From Callorhinchus milii (taxonomy: Eukaryota), in the NCBI RefSeq assembly GCF_018977255.1, contig NW_024704743.1:77438001-77502000 (forward strand): a stretch of 64,000 bases of DNA, in the 5' to 3' direction. This document shows positions 26,171 to 39,559 of this stretch, in pieces; position 1 is the stretch's first letter, and the number at the start of each line of letters is the position of its first letter. A program made the translations under genes and the position numbers. A model generated the notes under the pieces. The model worked only from the letters and a program-made list of their open reading frames with translations, ran no database searches and was not told where the DNA came from.

Positions 26171-27375
26171 TATTATTTAGTGGAGTAGGCTTTCCTTTTT
26201 TTCCTTTACTAAAATATACCTAGCACTTCATCCTGTTTAGTGGATTCAGGTTTTTAAAAGGGTGTGAGGTCTAAAGTGTACTATTTTTATGGAAGAGTTG
26301 GAAACTGGATTGAAAGTACCTTGCTTAATCTGGAAGTAAGCGTTTCAGTTAGAAAGAGAGACATCCAATTTATATTACTGTCCTAACATATTAAAAAAAA
26401 CTCTGAATCAATACAAATATATTTAACACATTGATATTCTGCACAGGGCAAGTCAATTAAATGACAGTTTATCATTGCAGCATATTTTAAAACTAAAGAC
26501 CAGTAATAAAAACATCAAGTTCACATCATGTAGTAGTAATATCTATAGATTGATATAGATTCATGATTTACCATAAAAGCATGTGTACGGCAAACACTCT
26601 TTCATCCTCAAATTTTCAGGTTGCACCAATTTGGATAAAATGAACTGAATGAAGTTTTATGCTAAGCATTTTCGCAACCTCATTTTATCTCGTGATGCTG
26701 AAAGGCTATGGCCCAGATTGTCCCATTAATGGGTAGAGGAAATGCAATGCCTAAAGCAGCTTGGCAAATCCAATGCCCATGATAGACCAGTTTCAAACAG
26801 AGTGTGAAGATACATCAGCAGAGGGAATGCTAGGAAGGGGGAGGGTGGAAAAAGGCACTCTTTCTACTCTTTAAGTGAGAATTTTTATCATAAAGCTCCT
26901 CAGAACTCTTTTCAGAATGTTTGGTGCCAACTTACTTAGAAAATGTGTGGTTTTCATTCACAATTGCCCCCCCCCCCGTACACATTATGCACACTTTTAT
27001 CAATCTCTAAAGGCATCTGTTCAACAGTTCTCTCTGCAACAGCCTTGACACAACCATGGAAGAAGACCTCAGTCTCCTCAGTTCCTGGCCCTCTCTGACC
27101 AAAGCCGTCCTCCCAGAGTGAAGAGGTCTTGGGGTAGATCAGGTTACCACGTTTATGCTGCATAGACTATTACCTTTTTGGGTGACTTCCTAGTGGCCTG
27201 TCACACTACCAGTGTAAACCCGGTTACAATACTAGTCAATGAGGCACTGCACAATACTCATTTTATGTTCTGATACCATTTATGTTGTTTTCTCTTCAAC
27301 TGTATTTAACAGTATTCCATACTTTAAGAGTTAATATTCTAAAGAAAAACAATTTGTTTGAAATCCATTCTACAG

Positions 27376-27607
27376 ATAATAAAGCTTCCAAAATACCTCC
27401 ATGGACAGAATGAGTATGAGGTGGCACTCCAGCTTCCTGCACACTTTCTAAGATCATCTGAGTGCTTTTATACCTCTGAAAAAGATGAAACCGATAGAAA
27501 CATCTTTGATATCAACTCTTGCCCAAAGACAGCTCGTACTCAGAAATCTGATGGAAAGGACCTCAACCCACAGTCTCGCTCTAGATGCTCCTCTATTGCA
27601 GAAGAAG
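27376..27607 (+). CDS. OFCC1: OFCC1-like exon E (IIKLPKYLHGQNEYEVALQLP...SSIAEE)
   Basis: Acceptor ccattctacag, donor G|gttagt. 232 nt, phase 0 to 1. IKLP follows LYFQ as I recall for OFCC1. Confidence 0.85.
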
Positions 27608-29061
27608 GTTAGTGATCCAGTCTGATTTTGTGTCTGAAGCTGCCATCCAGCATTATGAAGTGCTTTAAGACATCTTCCAATGTGAAAGGCACTATATTGT
27701 ATTGAATTTTTCCTAAAAATAAATCAGCTAAAGTGATCTTACACCAGTGGTTTTGCAGCCCTCAAAATCCCTATAGAGCTATCCATTGGAAAGCATGATA
27801 TATTCTTGAAGGATGCTTGATGAATAATCTCTTTCCATCTGACTGCTAAATGCTGCTTCATTTTTCATTTACTTTTGTTTCCTGTGTTTAAAGCCTTAAG
27901 TGTAGCTATGAGCCTCGCAAAGAAACATGCCATAATTTATCAGTGGGAATCTATCTTGCATACAATAGTGATGAGTTGCAAGGAAATTTAATAATGGATA
28001 AACAAACACAAGGCGTGTTCATTTAATTCAAATTAAAACATTATTAAATGTTTGGTTGATGAATTCTTATCATTAAAACGGTTAGATGCAGCAAATATTT
28101 GAATTAGAAGTTGCCCTATGCCTCTATCACAATCTGAAAGTCTGCTTCTCTTGAATGCAATAAAATCCTTGGCACAGGGAATTTGACACTCACACAATAG
28201 TTTGGCCAAAGTGCAATGTATCTAGGCCAATATGGTTAATGGCAGCAGAATTAATGCTGCTTTTATATTGCTGGAAATAACTTGTAATGTCTTCCAGTAG
28301 AAGCGCAATTAGAAGCTGGAAGTAGAATTTGCTTGTGTTGAGGCGAGCTCTGTACGTGTGCAACTAAGTGCGCATTTGTTAATGTTATTGAAGAGCCATC
28401 GAGAGTGCAACAGGTTGACCCCTACCATTGAATATGTCCTCAGTGATTTTTGGTACTGGGCTTTTAGCATTGATTCAGTGCTTTGAATCAATACAAACAG
28501 CACAGTAATAAATAGAGCATAATATATGGTGTAACATATTACTATTGTCCTTGCCCAAGTCCTGATAAAAAGAGAAGGACTGATGAAGAGGATGATTTGC
28601 CCCATTTGATTTCAGCCTTCCAGAAAACCATGCCAAGAGATTGGTTACTTTCTTGGGGAATAATTTCCAAAATTGTCATGATAGATGAAGGATTAACCAC
28701 ACATAGTTTCAATGGGTTAAAAATTCTTATGAGTATATTCTGTTGACTATTTAAACACATTTTGTTCTTTAATTAAGGACTCCGTTAAAATATGTTTCAA
28801 AATACCCCGCTCCCCAGCTTCTAAGTAATAGTCATGCCCAAAGCTGACTGAAAATATTGCAAGACACCATCTTGGATTCCCACTGTTTTCAAAGTAGGAA
28901 CATAAATCCAGGTGCTGCTTTACAGGATATTGATCTAATTATGTCCTTGTCCTGTAAATTTGCATTTAAAGGTCACAGTTTGAAATCCATGGCCGCTAAA
29001 ATGCTGTTTAAAAAAACAGCCGGAAGGACCCGTGTTGCCATTTCATTCGGTCAGCCGGGTA

Positions 29062-29447
29062 TAATGATAATAATAATAATAATCCTTGCATTTGATAACG
29101 CTTGATGTCACATCTTCAAGACGTCTCAAAGTGCTTCACAGAATATGCTGAAAGTGAATTGACTGTATGGTTTGTGGATGAAACGGGGCAGCCATTTGCA
29201 CATAGCAGTGTTCCACAAACAGTCGTGGATTGAGTTTCCAAATTTTTATTATTATTTTTTTTTTGGAATGGATTATTATCCCCAGAAAAGCGATCTACCA
29301 ATCGACTAACAACCGGGTTACTACTTACTGCTAGGTAACAGAGGCATGTGAAGTAAGGAAACTTGCCCTACGTTTCGCCCTGCCGGGAATCAGACCCAGT
29401 TTCCCTACCTTGTAGGCAAGTGCTGCAACCAATACGCTACAGGACTC
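29062..29447 (-). mobile_element. Young SINE, long form, inserted into a family X copy
   Basis: Flanks ggtcagccgggtat and tctgacacatgcag rejoin into the family X 5' motif. Confidence 0.88.
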
Positions 29448-29670
29448 TAATCTGACACATGCAGACGCCCCTCACCATTCCTAAAAGTATCCAATCCAGT
29501 CTAAGAGGGATTGTATACTCTTAGGCATAGAATTTGCCCTGCATTTGTAATGGAATGTGTTCCCTCTCCCTGGAGGGTGCACTCTGCTTACATAATTTTA
29601 GAAAGTAATATATGCAGATTGTCGAGATCTAAGGTTTGTGTACCTCAGAGTACACATTGGGATACTAGCT
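29448..29670 (+). repeat. Repeat family X copy (5' end at about 29045, before the SINE)
   Basis: tctgacacatgcagacgcccctcaccatt ... aatggaatgtgttccctctccctggagggtgcactctgctta. Confidence 0.65.
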
Positions 29671-31069
29671 AAATGGCCATTGTTCAGTGCACTCATGATT
29701 CTGCAGGATGACACTGAATGGACCTGCAAAAGAAGTTGATGTGGATTGCTGAAATGATCTATACAGGCGTTAAACACTTAGTTTTAAAGGGATGTATTTC
29801 AGCAGAGTTGCTTGTGTCAAATACTAATTAGATTGACTCTTGTTTAAAGTTGCTATAAAGTGATTTACCCAGAGGTTACAATACAACAAATATTGACTTG
29901 TAATATCCTGGCTATAAGTTACAAAATGACCTCTCGTGTGAGTCCGGAAGATTAATAATTTGCCATTTCACAGGGGAAGCATGACCTCTTTCAACATTAG
30001 CTTATGTAATTCCCAAATAAGTACTGAAAATAGTGAGACACAGGAGGTCATAAAAATGTGGCAACCATTAGTGGATTACCCAGCTTTGTAATTATTGTGT
30101 TCCTGATTGGTTGCAAGGGAAACCTAAAGTCACAGCCTGTGTACAGCTGCATTACAGAACCTATCGTTTTGTTAAACTTAGGACCTTTCCCAGATTAAAG
30201 CTCCTACACAACAGACTGGCAGCCATTTATATTATGCATTGACCCACTTAAAGTATCATTACACTGGCTCTGAAGTTCAGAGGTCTGTGCTAACTTGAAT
30301 AAGATCCCATTAAGATATCAACAAGGAGTCTAAGATGTGTGTGGTCACTTGACGTGAATATTGCTTGCACCCTTCTATGTTTCAGTGGGAAATGTGCAAA
30401 GCCCACGACTGAGCTGTTGACCTTTATTCCCAAAGGACACTTTTTCATCTCAGAAGAGAAAAGAGATATTAGAGTGTTTAAATACAGGCACTAATTGACT
30501 GCCTGTTTGAAGCAATTGCAGTGGCTGAATTCCATATGCCATGGCTGCCATCGACAGCCCCGCCAATGGTGACAGTGCTACCGTGTAAACAAAGTGGCAA
30601 TGTTGGCTCTGGAAGTGGTTATGACTTCCTCCTGAGGTCGGTCTTCCTCCAAACTCCAGAGGCAACAGCTTCTGGGACAGCAGGATAAATGGACTTCTCC
30701 ACTGCTCCCAGACCCACGTGTTTATCTGGCTATGTGTGGGCTGACCTTTTAGCCTGCCCCTGTAGGCCAACAGCATGGTTTAAGGATTGCCAGCCTGTAG
30801 GGACCTTCTGCAGAGATTCAGAAAGGTCAGTGGCTAGAAAATTCAGGTTGTCGACTTCTGAATTGACATGCTCCACATTGCTACCAGCACTTTGGCTTCC
30901 ATCTCGCAGTGTAACTGAGGCTTGATCCTAGCACGAGCAGCCTCAGCCACAGCTATTTCAAATGGAGATAGCGCCTAGAACTATCCTGTAAGGTGATCTT
31001 GCTCATAGTCTGTTCCATGTGACCCTTGGAGTAGCTTGCCCACAGGTGTAACAGACTCGCAACAAAAGC

Positions 31070-31680
31070 AACAAAAACAACAACTTGTATTTATATATTT
31101 ATATCCCCGCCCCCCACCCACCCCATGCAGGGTAGTGTCCCCAAAGCACCTGATGCTATACAATGCCATACAATTTACATTTATATAGTGCCTTTCACCT
31201 TTGGAAAGATGTCTCAAAGTACATTCACAGTGCTAGATGGGCACCTAAGCTAAGGGTGGGAGCCAGGGAGGATGAGGAGGTGAAAGATTAATGAAAGTGT
31301 CAGTTAGTTGCATTCTCATCTCTGAATCAAAAGGTGGTGGGTTCAAGTCCCACGACAGACCTTTCAACTCATATAGTCTAGGCTGGCACTTATATGCAAT
31401 GCTAGGGGTTTGGAATCATTGGAGTTGTCATCCTATGGATGAGACATTAAATTGAGGTCACACTCCTGCAAGGATTATTTTAAATAGAATTGGTAATGAT
31501 AGTACTATGAGATAGTACCATGAAATTTGGTCACTCAATCCACGACTGTTTGTGGGACACTGCTGTGGGTGATTGGCTGCTGCGTTTCACCCACAAATAT
31601 ACAGTCAATTCACAGTATATTCTGTGAAGTGCTTTGAGACATCTAAAAGATGTGAACAGCGCTATATCAAATGCAAGGTT
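31070..31680. mobile_element. Cluster: two antisense L2 tails, Deu-SINE head (+) and young SINE 3' half (+)
   Basis: caacaacttgtatttatat tails; gggttcaagtccc head at about 31340; tttgtgggacactgctgtg...gctatatcaaatgcaagg at 31530-31680. Confidence 0.7.
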
Positions 31681-34600
31681 TTTTTAATATATTTCTCTAT
31701 CTCCACTTTGTCATAATTACACCCTGGCCTTCTATTTGCTGTCCTACATAGACAATATTTTATCCTAATTCTATCCCTATCATTGCTTAATTCTGAATAT
31801 TCCGAAACTCTATAGAAATAGAGTAAATCTAGACCCAGGTGGAGTTTTTCTCCTTAAGTTTCTTTAAAAATCTACTTGAAAAGGTTTACTCAGATTGGAG
31901 AAAGAGTGTATTTGTGTCACATGATATGCTCCAAGTGAACTTGTTACCATTGCAAAGAACATAAAAACAAATCCTGTGGCTGTATTAAACGGTTACATAT
32001 TTTCAGATATTTCTGTTTTTATTTCAGATTACTGTTTTTTATTTCTGTTTTTATTGCAATGTTTGTTCTTTTAATTTTTGACATTTATTTTACAAGTAGA
32101 GGCAGTTTGGAATTCCATCCAAAATAATTTTGTTAATTGTTCACTGATAACATGACTGTTGTAGCATAATTGATATAGCATGAGAAATTTGGAGAGGAAG
32201 CCTTTATGCCCTCATTAGTTTAGCAGCAGGGTATGGTCCATTGTGACAATGTTTGCTTTCCTCCATGGAATGAGAAATGAATAGTATTCTAATGGACATC
32301 ATCTGTTTAGCAACAGACTTCCCCCTTAACTGGTATTAAACCACTCTGTGCTTATTTTCTTTTTTTCAAAAAAATCTAGAATACATGCTCTTTCTGCCTG
32401 TTCCTTTTTCATTCCCCAAATCTCATTGAGCCAGGATGCCACACAATACCAACATGGCCAGTTCCAAACCAGCCAAAAGATACACCGTGTGCAGAGCAGA
32501 GTAAAACACCCTAGTCATTTTCTCTTTCACTGAGCTCCTTCAAATGTGTGAGTTTTTTTTACCAATTTAGCCTGTTTATGGAACTGGTGAAAATTTCGCA
32601 TTAAGGTAACTCAGCTTTAAACCGCGACATCAGTGGCATTTTAAACATTTTATTGACTTGGAATTTGCTACGGAGGGGAGAATTCTGTTCCTTTCTTTCC
32701 TGCATAGGAGGCAGCAATCCATCTCCAGAGCTGAACCAGGTTCTTAAACAACATTAACGTTCACTAAGGTTGTACTAGCAGTTCACAAGTATTAGCACAT
32801 CCTCCCATGTTAATGTATCAGCTCAGGAGAACAGGTCCATGTAAAGCCATTTACTTTGATGTTTTTCTCCAAGTTACTTCTGCATGCTGTGGTGGATTAT
32901 CCTATTTAAAGCAGCCTATCAGAGCTACATAAACCTGTTACTGCACCACAGGCCTGCACAAAATTGAAGTGCTAGGCCAGACAAGCCTTCTACAGTCTTT
33001 TGTTTCTCTGGATCCAATTTTAGGCATTTGGAATCAAGTCCACGTGTTGAACTGAATTATTCATAGCAGTAAAGATATGTTGTTAGAGATTTATGTCAAT
33101 GTATTGTGGAGGTATAAATTGAGTAAATGGCAAGTACAATTACAGTGCTAAATATCAGAACAAAGTTACAACAATCCTTCAAACACATAGGAAATAGGAA
33201 CAATATAAACAAAAAATCTAACGCCTTACAACTTTAACAGAGGTATGTTTTAAAGTTCTCTTATGTATAGGGGAGTTGACTTATCAGTGTGATTCTGTAA
33301 CACGTGTGAGTATAGGAATGTGACTTCCTGGATGTGATTTGCACAGCAGTTTTTATTGCAATAACATTGTTGTTTACCCGCAAAATTTGAAAGTGGTCGC
33401 ATTGTTGAGATGCTTATATGTAATGCTGTTTTTTATGCTCCCTGCACAAAGAACTAACAGCAGTTTTTTGCCGCAGAGTTCCTTTTATCATTTACTTCCA
33501 CTATAAAATGCAAATGTATGCAAAGGTACTGAATAAGATTATTTTTCATTCACCTCACTGCCCCAAGGAAGCAACTGGATTGATTTATATCCTGCAGTTA
33601 AGTATGATCCTTGTATAAAATGGAAATTTATTTCCATGTTTAAAACAACTTTGAAAGTTTTAAAGCTAACTTCAAGCAGATTCTGCTGATGTGCATGTAG
33701 ATGTAACTCGCCAGAGCAGTAAAACTTTATAACTAAATACAGCTACTCTAATTGTAAATTGAGTTTGACAGGCATGCTATGTTGTAACCTGGTGCATTTT
33801 AAAATGATGTTGGTTGACAACCCCATACTGCTTTCAGAGCACAGAAACATGTGGAAAAAATTGCTCTTTTACATTTCGCAGCTTGTCACTTCCTCTCTTG
33901 GGCAACCTTTGACCTCCCAAAGAGCTCCTATCACCCACAAGGGAAGTATTCCCACTGGTGTAAAGGAAACAGAGAAAGGTTTTCATGTTGTTGAGGGACG
34001 GGAGGGAAAAATGCACACAGAAAAAGTAAAGGAAAAGAAAGAAAAGATCTCAAAAGTGTTTCCATCAGGTTGCGTGTCTGCTGATTTTATTTTGTTGTGC
34101 TATTCCATTCCTTTGAACTCCAAAAGCATAAAAAAAGAAATGTGACTATATAATATTGGTGAGTCCCAATCCTACTGTTTGAAATGATAGTTTAGGGATC
34201 ATTTATGTAGTTGTACAGGAGACAGGAGACAAAAGATTGTCTTCATACAGATAGGGAAGGAAATATGAATCCGAACATCAAAGGTATTACAAGACAAGCT
34301 GCATACCATCCACATATTGACACAGTAAGTCTCAAAAACATCATTAAATCTTTCAACTTCAAATTTGGAACACGCCCCATGCAGACAGCTGGCTTTAAGA
34401 GAAAGATTCTATTAAGTACATAAAAATCGAATATCCAAGACCAGTTTCTATTTACACATGTTGTATTCATTCCAGCTAATTGGACAGCATTTGTTGTGCA
34501 TTCCTGTGAAGGGAATTTTTGTTTGCCCAGATGTTTACAACTCACATAAGAGTTGCCTTCTGCACAATGTAATGTCCATTCATGTTATTTCCGCAACCTG

Positions 34601-36694
34601 AAAACAAGCTTACAGCAAACTGAATCTTATACAGTACAAATACGAAGCAGTTTGCATTTTAGAGTCTTCCGTTGCAATTAAAATTATGCAAGAAACTGCG
34701 TGACAGAATATTCTCCCTAATCGTTCACTGTGAATTCCTGGCAACTGACTGTTCCTGATGTGTGAATCCAATTTTGTGGCAAATGACTTCTCCACTTAAC
34801 AGGATTTAAATTTTTTGTCTCACCACATTGATCTTCAGAACACAGTAATATTATCAATGGGGATTTTACCTTAATACTTCTTACAAACTGTATGATTTTT
34901 TTACCATAATAATTGGGTATTCAAAACTTCTGATTAAATTGGAATCTCAGATCATGTCGGGAATTCGTGCTTACGTACAAAAGTAAGGCCTATGGTATCG
35001 TTTGTGTTGCTTTGATAAGGCAGCCAGTGACTTGCTGCCTGCCTTGTGACTTCATCTCTTCAGCATGCTGGGGCTTAGAAGACACTACTTGCCATTCATT
35101 TCAAATGATGTAGGTTTAATATAGAAGTGAACTTACAACTGTGAATTTTCAATGTGAAATCTGCCGAATGTCTAACCAGCCAACAACAAAGTGACATTCC
35201 AGTTTCTCCAAAGTAAAAATGAAAAGCTGCGCTTGTTTTTTTCAACCAGCCAAGAGCATAATTGAAAAACATTAGACATGTTGCACAAAGCTAGTGTGGT
35301 GGCTGACCACGGGAAATAACTAATATTCAGTGGAATTTATTGTGTTCTAGAGACCGCCACTCTGAATGGATGACATCCTTTTTCAATTTTTTAAAAAAAA
35401 ACTAACATTTTCTTTTCTTCCAATTTCCCCCTGTTCGGTGGTGTGACATTTTGAAAGCTGCTACTGTGCTTGGCAACAAGCAGACTTTCTCACGTTAGGC
35501 CTCCCAGAATATTACCTGTATAAAATGTCACACCTTATCCTTGCCAATGAGATGCAAGAATTTGCTCGCAGTCGTCTGCCAATGCTGTTGTGTAGCCACG
35601 TGCTGGTAGGTACCTGAGAGTAGCTCAGAATGTTTCTCTCATCTCTAAATACATTGTTCCCTTTGGTGAAACACCTGGGGTCCACTTGTCACTTTCCAGG
35701 AATACCAAATGGATGAGACCGGAAGCTGACTGCACAGAGAATTCTAGGCATTTTAGTAACACAGGATGTTGAATCATGAATGTCCTTGCCACTGTACCAG
35801 GAACGGTCTCCTTTTATTAGTGATGTACAATGAGGACAAATGGATTTTCTCTGATCACTAAATTGTAATAATTTAAAAGCAAGCACAACTATATTACATT
35901 ATATGAGTTATTTTTTTTCTGTTGACCATTACTTCACTTTGATAATTCAAAGTATTTATTAAATGCATAGTTGTCTTTCTCTGCACTCTATGACATAATT
36001 CACTAAAATTTAGTCAAATTGAAGGCCGTGAACTTGCTTCATTGTGAAATGTCACAAAATTTTACTGGTGTCTGGCAGGGCCACTTTATTGGAGTTACTG
36101 TATAACCTTGAATGAAAAAAATAAAAATGAATCCTTGTAAATGAGATATTTAAGCAGGTAATTGGAACACAGTATCAAAGACCTTTTGTACTTTACTGCA
36201 AAAATTGTATTTAAAGCGATGCTCAGCAGCAATTACACATACATGGAGAGTTCTCTGTTTCCTCTTAAATCAAATGAGAAGCAGATCCTTGTTATTTGCA
36301 GCATGTTGATTGTGTGATGACATCACCAGCACACTACAGGGATGTCCTTAAAGTGTTCCAGGGAGTGTGAATTTAAACAAACCTTATTAATGCAGCCAGT
36401 TTATAAAAACTGAACATTTTAAACCGTATCCACTAAACAGGATCTGCCTTCAACTGGCGTATTTGTCTGCTTAACATTTTCACATTTTTTACATTTTTTG
36501 GTGTTTGTAAGTGTTATACCACTCATGTAAAGAATTACTTCCATGGAATGTTGTTTATTTTTGTTCTGCTTAATTTTTGTTCTTTTTTGAAAGGATATGG
36601 AGGCTTTTTTTTATTCCGCGGCTTGGTGCATGGATCATGCACTAAGTGTAGCGGATGAGCAGGTAAATCACATCCTCCCGGGGTCTGTGCTAGT

Positions 36695-37398
36695 GTTCTG
36701 CCTCTGCTTCTACCCCACATCTGACTAGGACCGCTTTCCTCCACGTCCGCCTGCTGAAATCCTTGTCCATGCTTTTATCACCTCCAGACTCAATATGTCC
36801 AATGACCGCCTCACCGTCTCCCCAGCTCCACCATTTTCAAAGTACAATTAATTCAGACCTACATGCCCTCACCAGCACCAAACTCCACACCTCCATCACA
36901 CTAGTATTTGCCCAGCTCCACTGGGTCCCTATTGCAGAATGGACCAATTTCTAGATCTCCACACTCACCTACAAATCACTTCATGCCCTGGCACCATCCT
37001 CCCTCTCCAACCTGCTTACACCCCTACCCACCCCCTTCAATCAGCTGGCTCTGGCCTTAATAATAATAATAGTCCTTGCATTTGATATAGCGCTTTTCAC
37101 GTCGGTAGGACGTCCCAAAGCGCTTCACATAACACACTGTAAAGTCCTTCCACTCCATCATCAGTGCCCTTGCATTTAGCTATTAGGTCCCGAACCTCCG
37201 GAAGTCCCTGTATCAAATCCCTCGGCCTCGCCCCCTCTTTACCCATCTTCAGATCATGCCTGAAGACCATCCTCTTCGACTGTGCCATACCGTCACTCCC
37301 CTTTCTCTCAGTTCGGCGTCAAACTACATTATTATTAAGTGCTCTGAGAAGCTACCCAATGTGAAGGCACTATGTAAATGCACATTGTTATTGTTATT
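36695..37398 (+). mobile_element. L2 3' fragment with an antisense young SINE tail inserted at about 37059-37143
   Basis: ITLVFAQLHWVPIAE and FRSCLKTILFD peptides. Near-consensus SINE tail on the minus strand inside. Confidence 0.8.
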
Positions 37399-39559
37399 TA
37401 GCGCTCATCAAGAGCAGTATGACTCAGGCTGGAAACTCAAAAGAGAAGGGGAATGTTTGGTGCACTGATCCAAGCGAAACAGAGAAAAAGAAAGAAAAAC
37501 ATGTTGCGTGGCAGGGGGTTAAATGAGTTTGCATCTACACAATGCAGAACAAACAAAAAATAAATCTCAAGGAAGTTAAACTCTAAACAAATGATATAAC
37601 AGCAATTTACAGCTACTTAGAATTCGAAATACAGAATACAGCAGTTCAAAGAACAAGTCTGGAACATGTATCTTATTTCAGGGCTGAGATAGACTGTAGC
37701 AATGTATTTGTGACCTCAGTAATGGTGCAAACTCTGTTGTGCAGATATCATTGGATGGCCCTTGTTTAGAATTTCAACTTTCTACATCTAGTGAAAGATT
37801 CAACGCAATACAAAGGAAAAGTTCACATAGTATAAAAAATATGCACTTGATAAATATGTGCTTGCTGTAGCCAGAATTGTGTTCCAGTTTCTGCCCATTT
37901 GTCAGTCGAGAAAAATGCTCCATTTGAAATGGAAACTGTGGTTTTCGACTTGTTCGCCAATTTTCTTCTGAGGTTGCTGACTCACACTGGAGTACTGACA
38001 CAAACACACTAAATATCTGGCTCTGGTACCTCATTTCCATGGGTGTATTTCGTGTCAGAGCTAGACAATTAACTGGCAGTAGGTTGTTCAAATGTGGGCT
38101 TGAGTCTGCTCCCAGGGTCCACACCATTAAACTTTTTTTTGTATCACTGGATAGTGACCAAGGAACAAATCTACAATGTTCCTTGGCTTGTTTAGCTCAG
38201 TACTACTGTGAGGAGCCCTTGGATTTACTTTGCTACAATAATACTAGCTCTCACAGAGCATCATAAGATTCCATTTTTTCTGTGACTGTAAGTTCTGCTC
38301 ACGCATTTATTGGCTGTCGATTCGATTGTAGTTCTAGTGGCATTACACCATAGAAAACAATGGCATCTAAGTTACACTAACGTGCAAAGTTGAGGTCTTT
38401 GGCATGTAGTAAAATGCCACAAATAACTAAGTTTAAACTTATGGCATGTGAATACTGCGTGTGAAATGTGATATTCATTTACTATTATACAAAGTATGTG
38501 GATGTTAACCTAAGTGCTTTAGGTGTCTTGCTGATTGTTCGCCTCTATTCAAAGTAGCTGATTATAGTAGATATATTTGAATCCTGAAGCGAAAGAAAAA
38601 TTATATCGGTTTAGAATTTTCCATATTTATTATATTGCTGTGACTGGCTGCAAAAAGAAATTTCTTGTATTGCAATTTTTACATGTATCAAGCAAAGGTT
38701 TACTTAATTAGAACCTCCAGGCAATGAAGAATTCTTTTTTACATTCTGTGGGTCTTAATATGCTAAATAATGCAAGGCTTCGGCTCTTCAAGCATGAGAC
38801 ACACATCTGGTGACTTAACATTTAAATTACAGAAAAAACACTTTGGTAGTAATTTTCTAGGAAGAGAAGAATGGAAGTTGTATTACAACTAAATTTAATT
38901 TCTTTTCAGATTTTTCATCTCCTCTAATTGCGAGTGTTTGACTGATTTTCCTTATATGTTTTATTCAGAATGTGTGCAAATTATATTGAACTTCAATTTG
39001 AGGAGCTTCGCACTGTTGTTGCAGTAGAGAAATTATTGTTATTGCGTTTTATTTAGCAAATTATTACAAGATATTTGGAAAGTGGGAGGCAAAATGAAGT
39101 CAGCCAGCAACAGTCACAGAGGCTGGCAATATCATTGAATCTTGAGGGGGCAGCAAAGAAGGAGAGAATTAAGTTTGTTATTTTTTGGAAAGAATTCTCA
39201 TTGAGAGAAAAATAGACATGTACAATGAACATGTATGAAACTTGTATGAAATTCAGTTTGTGGCTTTCCGCACTTAGTCCACAACAAAGTTATGCTGATA
39301 TCCTGTCTCAAGAAAGAATGTAGGTGCAAGCATTTAAGTTAAAGAGCACTGAGAATGACAGGGCTGAAAGTAAGTGCCTCTCTTTGTGCTGCATGGAGGA
39401 AGCGATAATCATAGGCTGAACTGCAGTCACTACACATAAACTTACAGGAGTACGCGTAAATCAGAGTAGAAAGCCCTCTTTCATAGCAGCGGACACTCAA
39501 TGAGCTTTATTCAAATGTATCTAATCTATGCAGACAAACATATCAAATGGACCTGCTTA

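Noticed and set aside
28556-28745. Possible extra exon (PDKKRRTDEEDDLPH...) after ccttgcccaag
   Set aside because: The open frame needs phase 2 but exon E ends in phase 1. The phase-1 frame hits TGA, there is no good donor, and E joins F in frame without it.
32708-32740. Strong-looking acceptor ctttctttcctgcatag
   Set aside because: The phase-1 frame reaches TAA after about 15 codons, the only nearby donor (gttctt) is poor, and its phase does not fit exon F.
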